64,000 bases of DNA from contig MU004183.1 of NCBI GenBank assembly GCA_010093605.1, positions 1,612,001 through 1,676,000 on the forward strand, given 5' to 3'. The notes under the pieces were generated by a model. That model was not told the origin of the DNA. It worked only from the letters and a program-made list of their open reading frames with translations, and ran no database searches. Positions 25,696-40,800 of the stretch are shown here, piece by piece. Every line of letters starts with the position of its first letter. Position 1 is the stretch's first letter. The DNA is from Lophium mytilinum (taxonomy: Eukaryota). The position numbers and the translations under genes were made by a program.

Positions 25696-26354
25696 CTACA
25701 GACCACTCCCGGTGACGTGTTAGTAAACTATCCGCTTACATTCTTATCCATTGCCCGTTGCACTAGGGAAATGGAGTCCAGTTTGCTCACATTTAGCGAA
25801 AATTGGGAGATCCAGAAACGTGGCTGTACCTTGATGCACAAGTGCAGGCGGTGCGTTCCACTCTAACGGGACGTTTGAAAAATGTTTAGGGTAAAACGGT
25901 CTGTAGGTTACTGCCCGTCAGTACGCTTCAAGGTGGTGTGAGTGGTGACGCATTAGATAGGTAACAGTGATGCAAACGCGATGCCATGGAGAGCTCCTAA
26001 ATTTCTTACCTCGTCACTTGTGTACTGAGCGATGAAGGAGGGAAATGCTTAGTGCCTCCGAGTCGGCGTGTGACTAGGGCAGACGGTCTATTATGAATAA
26101 GACGTCTTCCCACACTAATGATGCATAACGGGCCCTGATCGGTTGGCCGACCTTGGCCGGGCAGTGGAGTTTAGCAGCTCGGTGATTCATACTGGCTTCT
26201 CAGGAGAGAATGGAACGACTTTCAGCATGAAAACTGCCTAGTACAGAAACGCGCTGCAGCGGCTCGGTGAGAGCTGCGCAGTGAGCAGCATCCCAGGCTG
26301 TGATGCGAGGGGTGAGGGCGACGACGACGTCAGGGATCAGCATCTAATCTCGGC

Positions 26355-26614
26355 ATCAGATAATGAAACGGAGCTTGAGCGGGGTTGGGCTCGCAATGGT
26401 CAGCGTGGAGGAAAATTTGCAGCGGCGTGTGGCGGCTTCGCGAAAGTTGCAAAGGTGGAGAGAAAAAGTAACTTGGGGTGCAGCCAAGCCGCGGCCATTT
26501 CCCAACACCGTTAGCACGGCATGTCAACCGGCATGTCCATCCTTAGGAGCGGATCTGATAACCTTCTTTTGAATCCTAAGCCCCGAGTTTCGGAGCCGTG
26601 AGGCATTATCAGAT
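26355..26614. promoter_or_regulatory. Cluster of three ATCWGATAA iron-repressor (SreA/Sre1/Urbs1-type GATA factor) sites
   Basis: ATCAGATAA at 26355-26363, ATCTGATAA at 26553-26561 and TTATCAGAT (reverse complement) at 26606-26614, in the sidA/NRPS divergent promoter. Confidence 0.8.
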
Positions 26615-28846
26615 CAAACCAAGCATTGCCCCTTGGCCCCAGACCCTGATGACGGATGACTGCATGTTGGCTCTGGTCTGCTAGCCCAATTGTTCCTTGT
26701 GTGATACTGCAGCAGGCGTGATGAGCTGCGTCGAGTGAAACCGCTGCTTCCGAGTTCCTCCTGCCGACATCCTCAAAAGAGTAGACGCCCGATGCATGTT
26801 TGTCAATATCGGCTTGCTCTTCCCTTGGAAGATGGATGTATCTCCGAGCTGCCGAAGGATGGCATCTTGAAGTCAATGCATATTTGAGTCTTCGCGCCAA
26901 ACCTCAAAATGCAAAGCGAGTAGACCCACGCGTGGATGGAATGTAGAGCGTTTGTGGAGTTTCCATTACACACGAAGCGATAATGCGGTGGTACATTGCT
27001 TGTACGCGAAAATAGGTGGTAATTCTACCAATGACACCACAGACCAGCTTAACAATCGTGCCAGGTTCCTTGACGCTAAACCCCACAATCAACTCTTCGA
27101 TTCATTTGATAGGATTTTTAGCCCCCTCCCCCGGCCAAGCCATAAAAGGTCTGGGTCTAAAGTAGTTACATCAGACAGCTCCCAAGTTTCGTTGTTGGTA
27201 ACATGTAGAGAAAATACAAGAGTCAAAAGGTTTTGCCGGACGTTAACGATGATAGCAGAACTTGGGGCGACAGTACGTAGTTGTCGAATGCGAGTCTGTA
27301 TGAGACATCTAGAATAGAAACGAGCTGAATTGACAGAAAAGGAAAGGGAGAAGCAAGGCTTGACATTCTGAAAAACGAGCGCATACTGCTATCCAGCACA
27401 CGTCAGCTTGAGACCCGCAATACTCCTTCCTTGGGAATGCAGGGCCTTCCCTTTGGACAGTTTCGTTCATGGATGGAAAGGAAGCTCGACTTGATGAATA
27501 TGAAACTTGCGGGATACAGTTCGTCTCAATATGGGGCATTTCTAAAATGTTTCCTAGATGGCCACTCGTAACACTTGATACCAAGCCATCGCTAGTCATT
27601 CAATGCTCGCACAAACCTTTGTGGTTGAAATGCCGCGCCCCTCACGCTGTGGAGGCTTGAGACCGTTGGAAATGCAAGTTCGATCTGCAAGTCACACGTT
27701 GCCAAGCTGCAGGCTCCACATACAGTCAACCGCGTAAGCTATCTGATTTGCCATCGTTAGGGCTGGAGATGCAGCTCTGACAACGTTGGTGGGGATTAAC
27801 CAAGGAGGAAGGTTGAAGTTGGAGAACTCCACGGACGCGGTTGATGCCAAGCATGATCGCAACTATGTTTTTTTATGTCTGTAATCTGATCATCAGATTC
27901 TTAGTTAGCAACTATCCCATTCATCCTGGCGATGGCCCCATATCGGTATGTCCGGCTATATGATAAGGTTTGAGGTGTCCACAAGCTGACAGGACAGCAG
28001 TTCAATACGCGTTTATCTCCAGATCAACTCGACAGTGTCGTGAGAAAGCCCGAGATCGGAGTCCCGAATGAGCCTTGGAAGCGGTGCGGTCATGTGGTGG
28101 GCTTCAGCGTCGAAGTGCTACGGAACTGCCACTTTGGACGTTCCCATCAGAGAGTGGGTGGCCTGGTGGTGATGGATGGTGAGAGGGAGTGGCGGCTAGA
28201 AAAGGATGGCATTATTCGCTGAATGGCGACAACCTAGGAACCGCACCGACGATTCACCGCTAGCGGGAAGTCTCTCTCCATCGTGACGCGATCAGGAGAA
28301 CACTAGTCTCGCCTCGTTTGCTGCCCAAAGCGCGTCTGCCGTCGCAAATACCTCCCACCTATCACACAGCCACGTATTAGCTGATACCTCTGTCTCCACG
28401 GTCCCTTCGCCAATGTCTCCAGCGTGAACTCGTCGCTAAAATCAGCCCCATCTTCGAAATCACCAGTCTAAGCCTAGTAATATCCCCCACGCGTTTGGAA
28501 GTGACTTCGGAAGACCGGGGCGAAAAAGCTAAAGAAGAACATCCATACATCCCGGCTTCCAATCACCAACCCTCAATTACCAATACTCAATGACTTGGTG
28601 TTGCCCGATTGGTATCCCATTATTTTTGGGGCCAGTCGACAGTTTGCAACTCTCAAGCAAGCTCGTACGCCCTATTTCTAGTCGTTCAAGTCGAAATCGT
28701 TAAAGAAAAGCTGGCAAGGGGACGTTCCGCGTGGTCCTTCTCCACGTATCCTATTCCATTCTTGCAGAAGACGATTGTGCCCCTTTCATTAATCTCTCTC
28801 GCCAATCTCCACATCTCAAAGTCAAGACTGCTTGAAAACGATCGCA

Positions 28847-31800
28847 ATGAACCAAGAGAGCTCCAACTTGTCAATCATAAACCCGAACCCCTCTCATCTG
28901 GATGGACCCAAGCTTCTACACCAGCTTCTCGATGGCAGTCGCGGGCTGCAACATTTCGCGATTGACTTTCTTGACAATGGCACGACCAAGAGGCAAATCT
29001 CGTATCAGTCATTGCATACCTTGAGTGATGCGCTAGCAAAAAGGCTTCGTCGCTCTCTTTCCCGTCTGAATCAGGACCGCCCCGTAATACCAGTGCTATT
29101 GCCACAGTCACCAGAGCTTTATATAACGCTATTGGCAATACTCAAGGCTGGCGCAGCATTCTGTCCGTTAGGCTTGGATGCCCCCGAAGAGCGACTACGC
29201 TTCATTCTTGAAGACGTTTCAGCACGTATTGTGGTAACGACGCCTGACCTGGAGAACCATCTGCCTCGTGGCCCTCAATTGGAAGTTCTGATCGTGGAGC
29301 ACGAAATATATCAGAGCCATGGGGACGAAACACTCTCCAACGACACAATCCGTCCAACCGATTTGGCCTACTTGATGTACACATCAGGCTCAACCGGAAC
29401 ACCAAAAGCCGTGGCAGTATCACATTTCGCAGTGACCCAAAGCCTTCTGGCTCATGACAAACACATTCCGCGCTTTTCTCGGTTCCTACAATTCGCAGCC
29501 CCTACGTTCGATGTATCTGTCTTCGAGATATTCTTTCCTCTCTTCAGGAGAGGCACTCTCGTTGGCTGTACTCGAGCCGACATGCTCAACGACTTACCTA
29601 GGGTCATCAAAGATATGAATGTGGATGCAGCTGAGCTCACACCTACTGTCGTTTCTAGCCTGCTCCGAGGCCGACAGAGTGTTCCAAGTCTGAATCTTCT
29701 TCTCACCATAGGAGAAATGTTGACCCGCCCAATTGTGGACGAGTATGGCGGTACCAAAGCTCGAACGAGCATTCTCTGGGGAATGTACGGTCCGACCGAA
29801 GCTGCAATTCACTGCACGCTTCAGACAGCATTCTCGTCTAGCTCTAGTGTGGGGAATATTGGAGTACCCCTAGAGACGGTGTCTGTTCTCATAGCAACTC
29901 CGCTCGATGAGTCTTCAGCCGTGTCCTCGGACGTGCATTTGGTTCCGCTCGGCAAAGCAGGGGAATTGATTGTCGGTGGGCCCCAGCTAGCCATGGAATA
30001 TCTCAACCGGCCCGATATCACTACTTCAGCCTTCATAGACCATCCGCAATATGGCCGCTTGTACCGCACTGGAGATAAGGCAAAAATTATGCCGGACGGT
30101 GCCATCGAATGCTTAGGACGACTTGTTTCTGGGCAAGTGAAATTGCGAGGGCAACGATTGGAGCTTGGTGAGGTCGAGCAGGTTATTGCTGGATTGGAGG
30201 GCTTTCGAAACGTTGCCGCTCAGATCATCGACGAAACTCTCGTAGCCTTTTGCCTGGTCGACTCTTCAAGTGTTTCGTCGCAGGACGTGCTTCAAGTCTG
30301 CAATCGTTGGTTACCATCATTCATGGTCCCTGGAGATGTCGTCTTACTTTCCACTTTCCCACAGCTTCCTTCTGGAAAGGTCGATAAGCGGAAGCTCGAG
30401 GCGGACTACTGTCTCAGAGATGCCGGTCTAGCGTCTAGAGATCATAGCGGTATAATGGCCGACCAATGCGAAGACACGGTATCAAGTGTTGTACAGGACG
30501 TACTTCACCAGAGATTGGATTCTTTGACTCCTTTCGCTACCATTGGCCTGGACTCTTTACGATCGATTCAAATAGCGTCCCGACTGCGAAGAGCTGGATA
30601 CGATGTCGATGCTACAGATGTCCTCTCCGCATCAGATATCAAGGCTCTAGAAACACGTGCTACGGAGAAACGACGATTTGAGCAATCAACACCATTCAGT
30701 CATTGCAGTAACATGTTTAAAGACATAAAAGATCTCGCATTGGAAAACTTAGAGCTGCAGTCACATCGAGCATTGATTGCCGATATCATCCCGTGTACGC
30801 CTCTACAAGACGCCATGCTTGCCGAGACCATCCTTCACTCGGACGCTTATTGCAACTGGATTGAAGTTGAGATGTTAGAAATGCATACCTTTGCGGAAGT
30901 CAAACAGTTTCTGGTAATTCTTGCGGCAAAGAATGAGATTCTCCGATCTGGTTTCTGCGGTGTCCCCCTCTCCGCAGCCCCATACGCACAAGTCATCTGG
31001 AGGAGCTTGGACGATGCCCAAATTGAAGAATCTGAACACTTTACTCGACATTTTGCTCTTGATAGTTCCGGCTCACTTCTGCGACCACTAAAGGTGCAAG
31101 TGAATACGAAGGGGAAGAAACCGCGACTTCTATTCCAGATTCCACACTATCTGTATGATGGCTGGTCATTTGACTTGATCTTGAAAGACTTGAGTGATCT
31201 CTCTTTGCGCAGAGGGAGTCATAGTCGGCCTCAATTCCGAGAAGTGGTTCAGTACTATTCGTCACTTCACGACTCTCAACAAAACAACGAATCTAGAAAA
31301 TATTGGAGGGATCAGCTAGCTGGATACCAACCCACGCCTTTCCCGAATCTCAATAGCAAGAGCATCACAGCTGGTTCACCACAGTCTTTCTCTCGCAGGT
31401 CAATTGTAGACCTAAAACTACTCAAAGACGAAGCAGATGAGCTGCAGATGAATCCCCAAGTGTTCTTCCAGGCTGGGTTGGCCTTCATCCTCAGCTCTTA
31501 TCTAGCCTCCACTGATGTGGTCTTTGGTACAGTGACATCTGGTCGAACTCTTGCCATTACCGGCATTGAGGACATTCTTGGGCCTTGTATTGCGACTCTC
31601 CCGCTGCGGATATCTTTATCAGATTACGCCACCGCAAGAGATGTCTTGGAGAGCATTCATCAGTCGAATAGAGCAGCAATCAACCATTGCACCACACCAC
31701 TCAGGGATATCAAAAGATCTTGTGGAATCAACCCAGGAATCTCACTATTCGACGTTCTCTTCGTATGGCAGGAGTCCTTAGAAAGTCATAATCTCGAGAA

Positions 31801-34800
31801 TTTAGCAGTCAAAACTATTGATAGTCTTGACAGGCTAGAGTTCAAGCTCACACTAGAGATAACTCCGACTACAAACGGCGTTCTCTACCGTGCAAATTAC
31901 GATCCTTGTGTCGTACCTGAATCCCAAGTTCGGATTTTGCTTTCACAGCTCGACGATCTGGTCATTCATCTAAGTCAGCACCGACAGGCAAATCCACTTC
32001 GGCTTGACAGCATCCTTCGCAACTCAAACCTCTCTATCGCAAACCCACGGCCTATTCGACAGAAAATTGATTACGGACCAGCTCACTCGGTGGAAACATG
32101 GGCTAAGCATGCGCCGGATAGGCCTGCCGTGTCATTTGGCTCGAGGAGCTCTGGTCCCTCGATGACGCTACAGACTGTCTCATACATGGATCTGAATTCA
32201 CGGGCCAACAAGCTTGCGAGACTACTTCAAGCTAGCGGATTTGGGAACGAAGAACTCATCTGCATCTATATGGAGAAGTCCATTGACCTGTACGTCTCCG
32301 TTCTTGCCGTATCGAAGCTCGGCCTCGGATATGCTCCCATCACTCCAGACACACCCGTAGAACGGACCCTGTGGATACTCCGTGAAGCGGGAGTCAAAGC
32401 ATGCATCAGTCACTCATCATGCTCCGGACGTATCGAAGCGAAAGATCACCATACTGTCCTAAACGTGGATACTCTTAACTTTTCCGCTCACTCCGACCAG
32501 AACATAGACATACCATACAAGGGTGGCAACCTAGCATATGCAATCTTCACCTCCGGTAGCACCGGGACGCCCAAAGGCGTTCTAGTTACCCAAGACAACC
32601 TTGCTAGCAATCTCAAAGTGCTGTCCCAGATCTATCCGGTACACGATGGCTCGAGACTCTTACAATCATGCTCGCAAGCATTTGACGTGTCTGTTTTTGA
32701 AATATTCTTCACGTGGTACACCGGCATGTGTCTGTGCTCCGCCACGAAAGATGATCTATTCCACGACTTTGAAGGCTCCATTAGACAGTTCAGGATTACG
32801 CATTTGAGCCTTACTCCCACTGTTGCCGCTCTTGTTGATCCTGAAAACGTACCCGAGGTGGTGTTCCTTGTAACTGCTGGAGAAGCAGTCACTGAGCAAG
32901 TGAGGAGGAAGTGGGCTGGCAAAGGCCTATATCAAGGTAAGTTTAATTCTCAACTTTCTTCCTTCGAAGCCATTCTAACTTTCATGTGTCAAAGGATACG
33001 GGCCATCTGAAACTACCAATATTTGTACGGTCAATCCGAATGTCGACTCGCATGACGTGATATCTAACATCGGTCCTCCTTTCTGCAACACTTCAGCCTT
33101 TGTTCTGGATGCTACCGGAGATGCGCTAGTCCCGCGAGGAGGTGTAGGCGAATTATGTTTCGGCGGCGATCAAGTTTTTCGTGGCTATCTCAACCTGCCA
33201 GAAGTAACGGCTGCCAAAATATTCGAGCATCCTGAATATGGCCGACTGTATCGGAGTGGAGACCTTGGTCGGCTGTTACCTAGCGACGTGATACTGTTTG
33301 TTGGAAGGTCTGACGACCAGGTTAAGATCAGGGGCCAACGGGTCGAGCTTGGAGAGATAAGCTCAAGCATACTGGATTCGGAGTCCATTCACGATACAGT
33401 GAGTATCGTGTTCGAGAACGAATATCGAGTACAGACCCTTGTCGCGTTCTGGGTACCTACAGGACTGGCATCTCAAGATTTCTCTACGCTTCCAGATCCC
33501 TCTGATGAACAATTTGCTTCGGTCATCTCTGGTACTTTCGAACGATTGGAATCTAGACTACCGTCGTACATGATTCCAGCGCACTTGATACCAGTTACGA
33601 GAATTCCAATGACCCAGCAATCGAAAGTCGATAAACGCAGACTTGTTGCGGCGTTTCAAAGTCTGGATTCACAGTATCTGGATCAAGTCGGGCAACACGC
33701 TTCCACGACAACCGCCAGCGGAGAGTGGTCTAGCCTCGAGCGTCAGCTAGTAAACTTGCTTAGTTCGGTGGCTAAGGTAGGTGTCTCTCGAATAGGACGT
33801 AATACATCGTTCTTCAGTCTCGGATTGGACTCCATCTCCGCAATTTCACTTTCTCGCCAGATTGGAGAGGCTAGGCTCGCAAACGTATCGGTTTCTCGTA
33901 TTCTTCAAAATCCAAGCATATCACGCCTAGCTAGTAGCATTTCTGCGGACGGAGCCGAAAGCAAGACCAGTCAACGAATTGCAACTCGAAAATTGCATAC
34001 CATATTCGACGAGGAGTTCAAGTCTGATATTTGCACTGAGTTCCAAAAACACGGAGAGCACGTCGAGAGAATCCTACCGTGTACGCCTCTGCAGCAAGCA
34101 ATGCTATCAACCCTCGATTCGTCAGATCCATCTACATATTTCAATAGGATGGTGTTTGAAATTACTGGTGAAGAGGCTGTCTTGCGCAACTGCTGGCAGA
34201 CTATGACTGAAAGACACGAAATTCTACGAACGTGCTTTGTAGCGACCGAAGAACCGGAATATGCTTATGCCCAAATCGTTCTCTCGCCCAAAGAGCTCCC
34301 ATGGGATGTTGTCGATGTGCAATCCGAGAATTTGCAGCAACGCATAGAGCAATACATAGCGGATATTTCTCCTTCCCTAGTATCGCGATACAGGCCTCCT
34401 ATACGCTGGGCTTTTATCAAATCTGGGTCGGCCCGTCATTTACTATTCTACTGTCACCATGCCATGTATGATGGAGCGGCAGTATCATACCTCTTAAATG
34501 AGATCGAACAGCTCTATCGCGGCTCGAAATTACCGGCACCGGTATCATACGAACCCTACCTAGAGGAGCTAGTCTCGCTTGATGACAAGACTGCAGAACT
34601 CTTCTGGTCTGATAGATTGCGGAATTACGAACCCTCGGCGTTCCCTAACCTCACTGTGAAACCAACGTCATCGATGGACGTATCGAGCCGTGGAGGAAGC
34701 GTCTCGAGAGATCTGACAGTCAATCTCGACGCTGTCCATGAAGAATGTCAGCGAATGTCGCTCTCTCTCCTCTCAATAATGCAATCAGTGTGGACAAAGC

Positions 34801-37800
34801 TTCTGCATTATTACCTTGGAGAGACCGATATCTGTTTTGGCAATGTTGTCAGTGGGCGCACGCTTCTAGTGCCTGGGTTGGAACGGCTCGTAGCACCGTG
34901 TTTCAATACGATACCCGTCCGGGTTGACCTGACGTCTTTAAAATCAAATGAAGAGCTAGCACAGACTCTCCAAGACTTCAACGTAGGCTCTCTGCCGTTT
35001 CAACTGACCGCCCTTCGAAAAATCCAGTCAAAGGCTTGCCACGATGGCGGCAGACTCTTCGATAGTCTTTTCATATTGCAGCCTACACGACAAAACCTCG
35101 ACCATAACTTGTGGACTCTGGAAGAAGATGTCAGTCAGATGGACATACCCTTAGTCTGTGAAGTCACACCTACTCCGGACCGAAATACCATCGAATTGAC
35201 AGTTCACTATCATCAAGAAATCGCTGGAAAGCCTGAGGCTGAGGCGATTGCCGAAGTATTCGACCACGTTTTGCGCTCATGCGTGACCTCTCCTTCGGGT
35301 TCACCCATTCAGACCAGTGGAATTCCTCCGCGATTACTTTCCGTCTGCAATGAGGATTACATAACCCTACAGCCTTCCAATGGACCTTTGCTCATTTCAG
35401 CTTTTCAACAAAATGCTGTGCTCCAACCCCATAAAGTTGCGCTAGATTTCCTGCACGGAAGTGGTGAGAGAACAAAATGGTCGTTCAGAAGGCTTGATGA
35501 AATCTCCAACCGGATTTCGCATGCGCTGTTGTTTCGAGGAGTCCAAGTTGAAGACGTCATTCCTATACATCTACCCAAGAGTCCGGAATTCTATGCTGGC
35601 ATTCTTGGCATCCTGAAAGCAGGAGCGGCCTTTGCACCTTTTGATCCAAAGCTACCAGAGGAGCGTAAAAGATTCATGTTTTCAGAACTAGGTTCATCAG
35701 TCGTATTGGGCACAGAAGACACGGCCTCCAGCTGGTGTAAAGGAGCACAAGTCGTAGATGCGACAGAGGTGTTTCGATTCAGTAACCGTACTCCTCGGGT
35801 ACCGGGTATCAAATCGTCCAGTCTAGCTTACTGTCTTTACACATCTGGGTCTACTGGCCTACCTAAGGCAGTAGCTGTCGAGCATCGCAATCCCACTCAG
35901 ACCATTGAGAGCTCTAGGCGACTCATCCCTTGGAACTCGCATTCAAGACTTCTCCAATATGCAGCCACGACCTTCGATATGTGCTATTACGATTGTTTCC
36001 TGGCATGGTCGTTTGGGTTCTGTCTCTGCGCCGCAGACCAGTCTGCTATGCTGAATGATCTTTCGAAGGTCATCAACACGATGAACATCTCGCTACTAGA
36101 CCTCACTCCAACCGTTGCTGCGACTATTTCAAGGAGTCACGTACCTTCCATCGACTTCTTGTATTGCATTGGTGAGGCAATGCTACCTAGTATCATCAAT
36201 CAGTGGGATAGCCAGTGTGTCAATTCATACGGTCCAACGGAAGCAGCGTTTTGCTGCACCATCTTTCCCACTACGCAGGGAATCAAGCCCAATATCATCG
36301 GAAGACCATTTACAACAACATCTTTCACGGTTATCTCTAAGGATGGCGAAACCGTAGTGCCCGTACTGGGCGTTGGAGAACTTCACATCGGCGGTTCCCA
36401 AGTTGCCCGAGGATACTTCGCGAACGAAGAACTCACATCATCAAGATTCATTGAATTCGATGGACAGCGTCTTTATAAGACTGGTGACATGGTTCGAATG
36501 CTGGCGGACGGCAACTTTGAATTCCTTGGGCGATCCGATGATCAAATCAAGATAAGAGGGCTTCGCGTCGAGCTTAGTGAGATCAGTCAGGTCATCAAGA
36601 ACTCACACGAGGATATACAAGCTGTCAATACGCAAATACTACGCAAGTCAAAGGATGCCAAAGATCAACTGGTTGTGTTCATGGTCACAAAGAGACCAAA
36701 GGACCATTCAGATAGCGCCGTCAAACAAGCTGCACGTTCCGCAGCGACTGCAAAACTGCCGGCTTACATGGTCCCAAACTTCTTGATACCAGTTTCCGAT
36801 ATTCCACTATCTTCAGCTGGGAAAGTTGACAAGAGAGCGCTTACAGATATTTTCCGATGTGATGCGGATGCGGATTCGGAACTATTGGGCGACGAAGTGG
36901 ACAACGAAGCTGACTGGACTTCATTACAGAAGGAGGTCAGAAGCGTATTATCCTTCCTTTCTCGCACTCCCGAAAGCACCATTAGACTTCGCACGACAAT
37001 ATATCAACTCGGACTGGACAGTATCAGTGCCGTACAAGTTGCAGCGAGATTAAGAAAGAAAGAATTCCAAGTATCTGCTAGCGACGTTCTCGAGAATCCA
37101 ACTTGTGTCGACCTGGCAAGCAAACTCGAAAGATCGGCTGGAGCTCCAAGGTTGGACCTCGAACCTAATGGATTCTTTGACACTCTGGAACAGACTCTTC
37201 GACCTCTTGTCTGTAATTCATATGGTCTACGATCGGAGACCATTGAATCAGTTCGCCCTTGCACCCCTCTCCAGCAAGGCATGATTTCCAAGCTCATTCA
37301 GTCGGGCGGTACTAGGTATTTTAACTACCTACAGCTCCAACTTGATAAAGGGTTGGATATCTCTCGGCTTCATTCCGCCTGGTCCGCAACAATGCAGAAG
37401 CATGTCATGCTACGCACAGGATTTGCTACCATTAACCTTAAGCGTCACCCTTTCGCCATGGTCCATTACCTCGGAGCTGAAGTGAGTATTCCATGGGATG
37501 CAAATGAGCACTATTCGGATGATTTACATGAGATTGACCAATGGCTACATCAATCCTCAATTCAAGTGCTGGAAAATCTCCACAAGCTTCCGTGGCGTTT
37601 GAGAATTGCATCTAGCAGCGATCGGGTTACCATGGACTTAGCCATGTTCCATGCTCTGTACGATGCCCACAGCCTCAATCTCATTCTTGGAGATGTTTCT
37701 GCCGCTTATCGTGGTCTTTCCACTGCTCCGGCAAGCTCTCTGGATACAGTACTAGGATCTATTGTTCGCGATAGGGATGAAAAAACCTCTCTATTCTGGG

Positions 37801-40800
37801 AGAAAAGAACTAAAGAAGTGAATCCGTCGCGTTTCCCGAATCTTTCTCCCCTCAGGGTAGAAACTGCCCCGTCTCAAGTCCTGTCGAAGATCAGCTCTAG
37901 AAGTATGAGCGACCTTGAGAGAGGTTGTCGTGCTAGAGGCATCACTATGCAAGCCGCTGGACAAGCTGCCTGGGCTTTGGTTTTGGCCGCATACACAGGC
38001 GACCCCAAAGTTACATTTGGTACTGTTCTCTCAGGTCGTACATTCGAAGACTCCGAGACCGTTGCTTTCCCAACTATCACAACCGTGCCAGTGACCTATC
38101 GCACCGACCAAGACAACGATGCACTTCTGAAGGACATAATGGAGCTCAGTTCTTCGGTCCAGAAGCACCAGTTCACCCCTCTAAGCGAGATACAGCGCAT
38201 TGCCGGGTTTCCTGACCAGCCACTATTCGATACCATCTTCGCCTTTCAGAAGGTTTCTACTCAGGACACTACATCTCGGCCCTGGAGAATCAGTCTGGAA
38301 AAGGCCTCTGATGATGTAAGTACAATTCTAGAATCTTCAGTTGCAGTTCTAACGAAATAGTACTCGTTATCTATCGAGGTCGAGCCTGCCGCCACGACAC
38401 TCGAACTGCGCATCACGTTCTCTCCTCACGTGGTCCCGGTAGAGCAAGCCTCTCTGATTCTGAGGCAGCTAGACGCGTTCCTCGTCAATCTAATTATGCC
38501 TCCAAGTATGGTGTCCCTGCAAACCGCCCCGCATGATGCAGTATTGTTTTCTATTACACCTGCAAGGGAGCCTTGTATTCCATCGAAGATCAAACTGCTT
38601 CATGAATTCGTTGAGGTCAATGCGAGGAAGCAGCCTCAGAAGATAGCCTTGGAATTCGTTCAGGCCTTCCAATCCGGAGAAGCTGTGGGCCAGTGTTGGA
38701 CTTATGCGGAACTCGACACGGAGGGAGACAAGATTGCCAGCTTACTCCAGAGTTATGGCGTAAAGCCCGGCGGCATGATCGCTACATGTTTCGATAAATG
38801 TCCCGAAGCGTCCTTTGCAATGCTTGGTGTCCTCAAAGCAGGATGCGCATTCGTGGCACTCGATCCGAGCGCGCCTACAGCACGAAAAGAGTTCATACTC
38901 AAGGACTCTGGAGCAGACTTATTGCTTACCATGAGTTCCCAATCAGCGGATCTTGAAAGTCAAGTCACTGTCCCCGTTGTGAACCTCGACGATCAGAACA
39001 CCAGACGTACGTTGAAATCAAGGCTCAAACTGGAACGTCCGATCACTGGTCAAGATACCAGCTACTGCCTATACACGTCGGGTACAACTGGTACACCAAA
39101 AGGCTGCGAGATAACGCACGAAAACGCTGTTCAAGCTATGCTCGCATTCCAGCGCCTTTTCGCAGGTCACTGGGACTCAGCGTCCCGCTGGCTCCAATTT
39201 GCATCTTTCCACTTCGATGTCTCAGTATTGGAGCAGTACTGGAGCTGGTCTGTTGGTATCCGCGTCGTCTCTGCACCACGTGATCTCATCTTCGAAGACA
39301 TTGGTGCTGCCATCAAAGTTCTCAATATCACACACATCGACCTCACTCCGAGCCTTGCTAGCATTCTCCATCCTGACGATGTTCCAAGCCTCTGCAAAGG
39401 GGTCTTCATCACCGGCGGAGAACAGCTAAAACAAGAAATACTCGACGTTTGGGGCCCTAAAGGTGTCATATACAACGGATATGGACCGACAGAAGCCACT
39501 ATCGGTGTTACCATGTATCCTAGGGTCCCCGAAAACGGAAAAACTTCCAATATTGGCCCTCAATTCGACAATGTTGGGTCGTATGTCCTCAAACCCAATA
39601 CTGAAATTCCCGTTCTTCGTGGAGCCATTGGGGAGTTGTGTGTGTCTGGAAAATTGGTGGGCAAAGGATATCTAAATCGAGATGATCTCACCAAAGAGCG
39701 CTTCCCGTGGCTCAAAACATTCGAAGAACGCGTTTATCGGACTGGAGATCTAGTCCGTATTCTGCACGACAACTCGTTCTCTTTCTGCGGCCGAGCTGAT
39801 GATCAAGTGAAGCTACGCGGGCAGAGACTGGAAATTGGAGAGATCAATTCGGTCATCAAGCAGGCTTCAGAAACAATAGTAGATGTAGCAACCTTGGTTT
39901 TGAAACGTCCGAACCAGCAGAAAGAACAGCTAGTTACCTTCGTGGCCACGAAAACTTTGTCCAAGTCGCGAAAAGAGCCGGCAATCCTTATTGGCAGCTG
40001 TGCGGAGTTGGTGCCGGCCAAAGAGGCTTGCGTGGAGAAGCTACCTGGATATATGGTCCCCACTCACTTCGTTCCAATCACCTCGATCCCATTATCAGCG
40101 ACCAATAAAGCGGACGGGAAGAAGCTTCGTGAGCTTTATAATGCCCTTGCTACGGAAGACCTTCAGCATCTCTCGAGCTTATCACGGGATCAAGACGACA
40201 AGTGGTCAACCACTGAGCGTCGCATTAGAGATGTTGTGAAGGACTTCACCAACAGTGATCCAGACGCGATACGTAAATCATCAAGCATCTTTGAGCTTGG
40301 CCTTGACTCGATCTCAGTAATCGGCTTCGCTAAGAAGCTAAAGGAAGTTGGGTTCACAAACGCACAAGCATCTTTAGTGATGAAAAGTAAGTATGTCCAA
40401 GTCCATGGCCGTAACATCCGCTGACCAGAATACTAGATGCATCCATCAGTCGCCTTGCAAAAGCCGTGACAAGTAGGGATGATGCTGGTCTGAGTGAACG
40501 CGCTGCAACCATCGAAGCCCGTCAGAAAACTGCAGCGATCCAACACCGACAACGTGGAACCATCCTCGATGCACTTCAGATCAACTCAAGCGATATCGAA
40601 TGCATTTCTCCATGTACGCCACTACAAGAAGGCATGATCGCGAGGTCGCTCGAAAGTGAGCAGCCATTATACTTTGTGTGTTTCCAGCTTCACTTGTCCA
40701 GCGCGGTTGACGAAACAAAACTGCGCTCCGCTTTTGAAAAAGTCTTTGCATCGACACAAATCTTACGCACCTGCTTCGTCAATACCGAGGATGGATTCTT

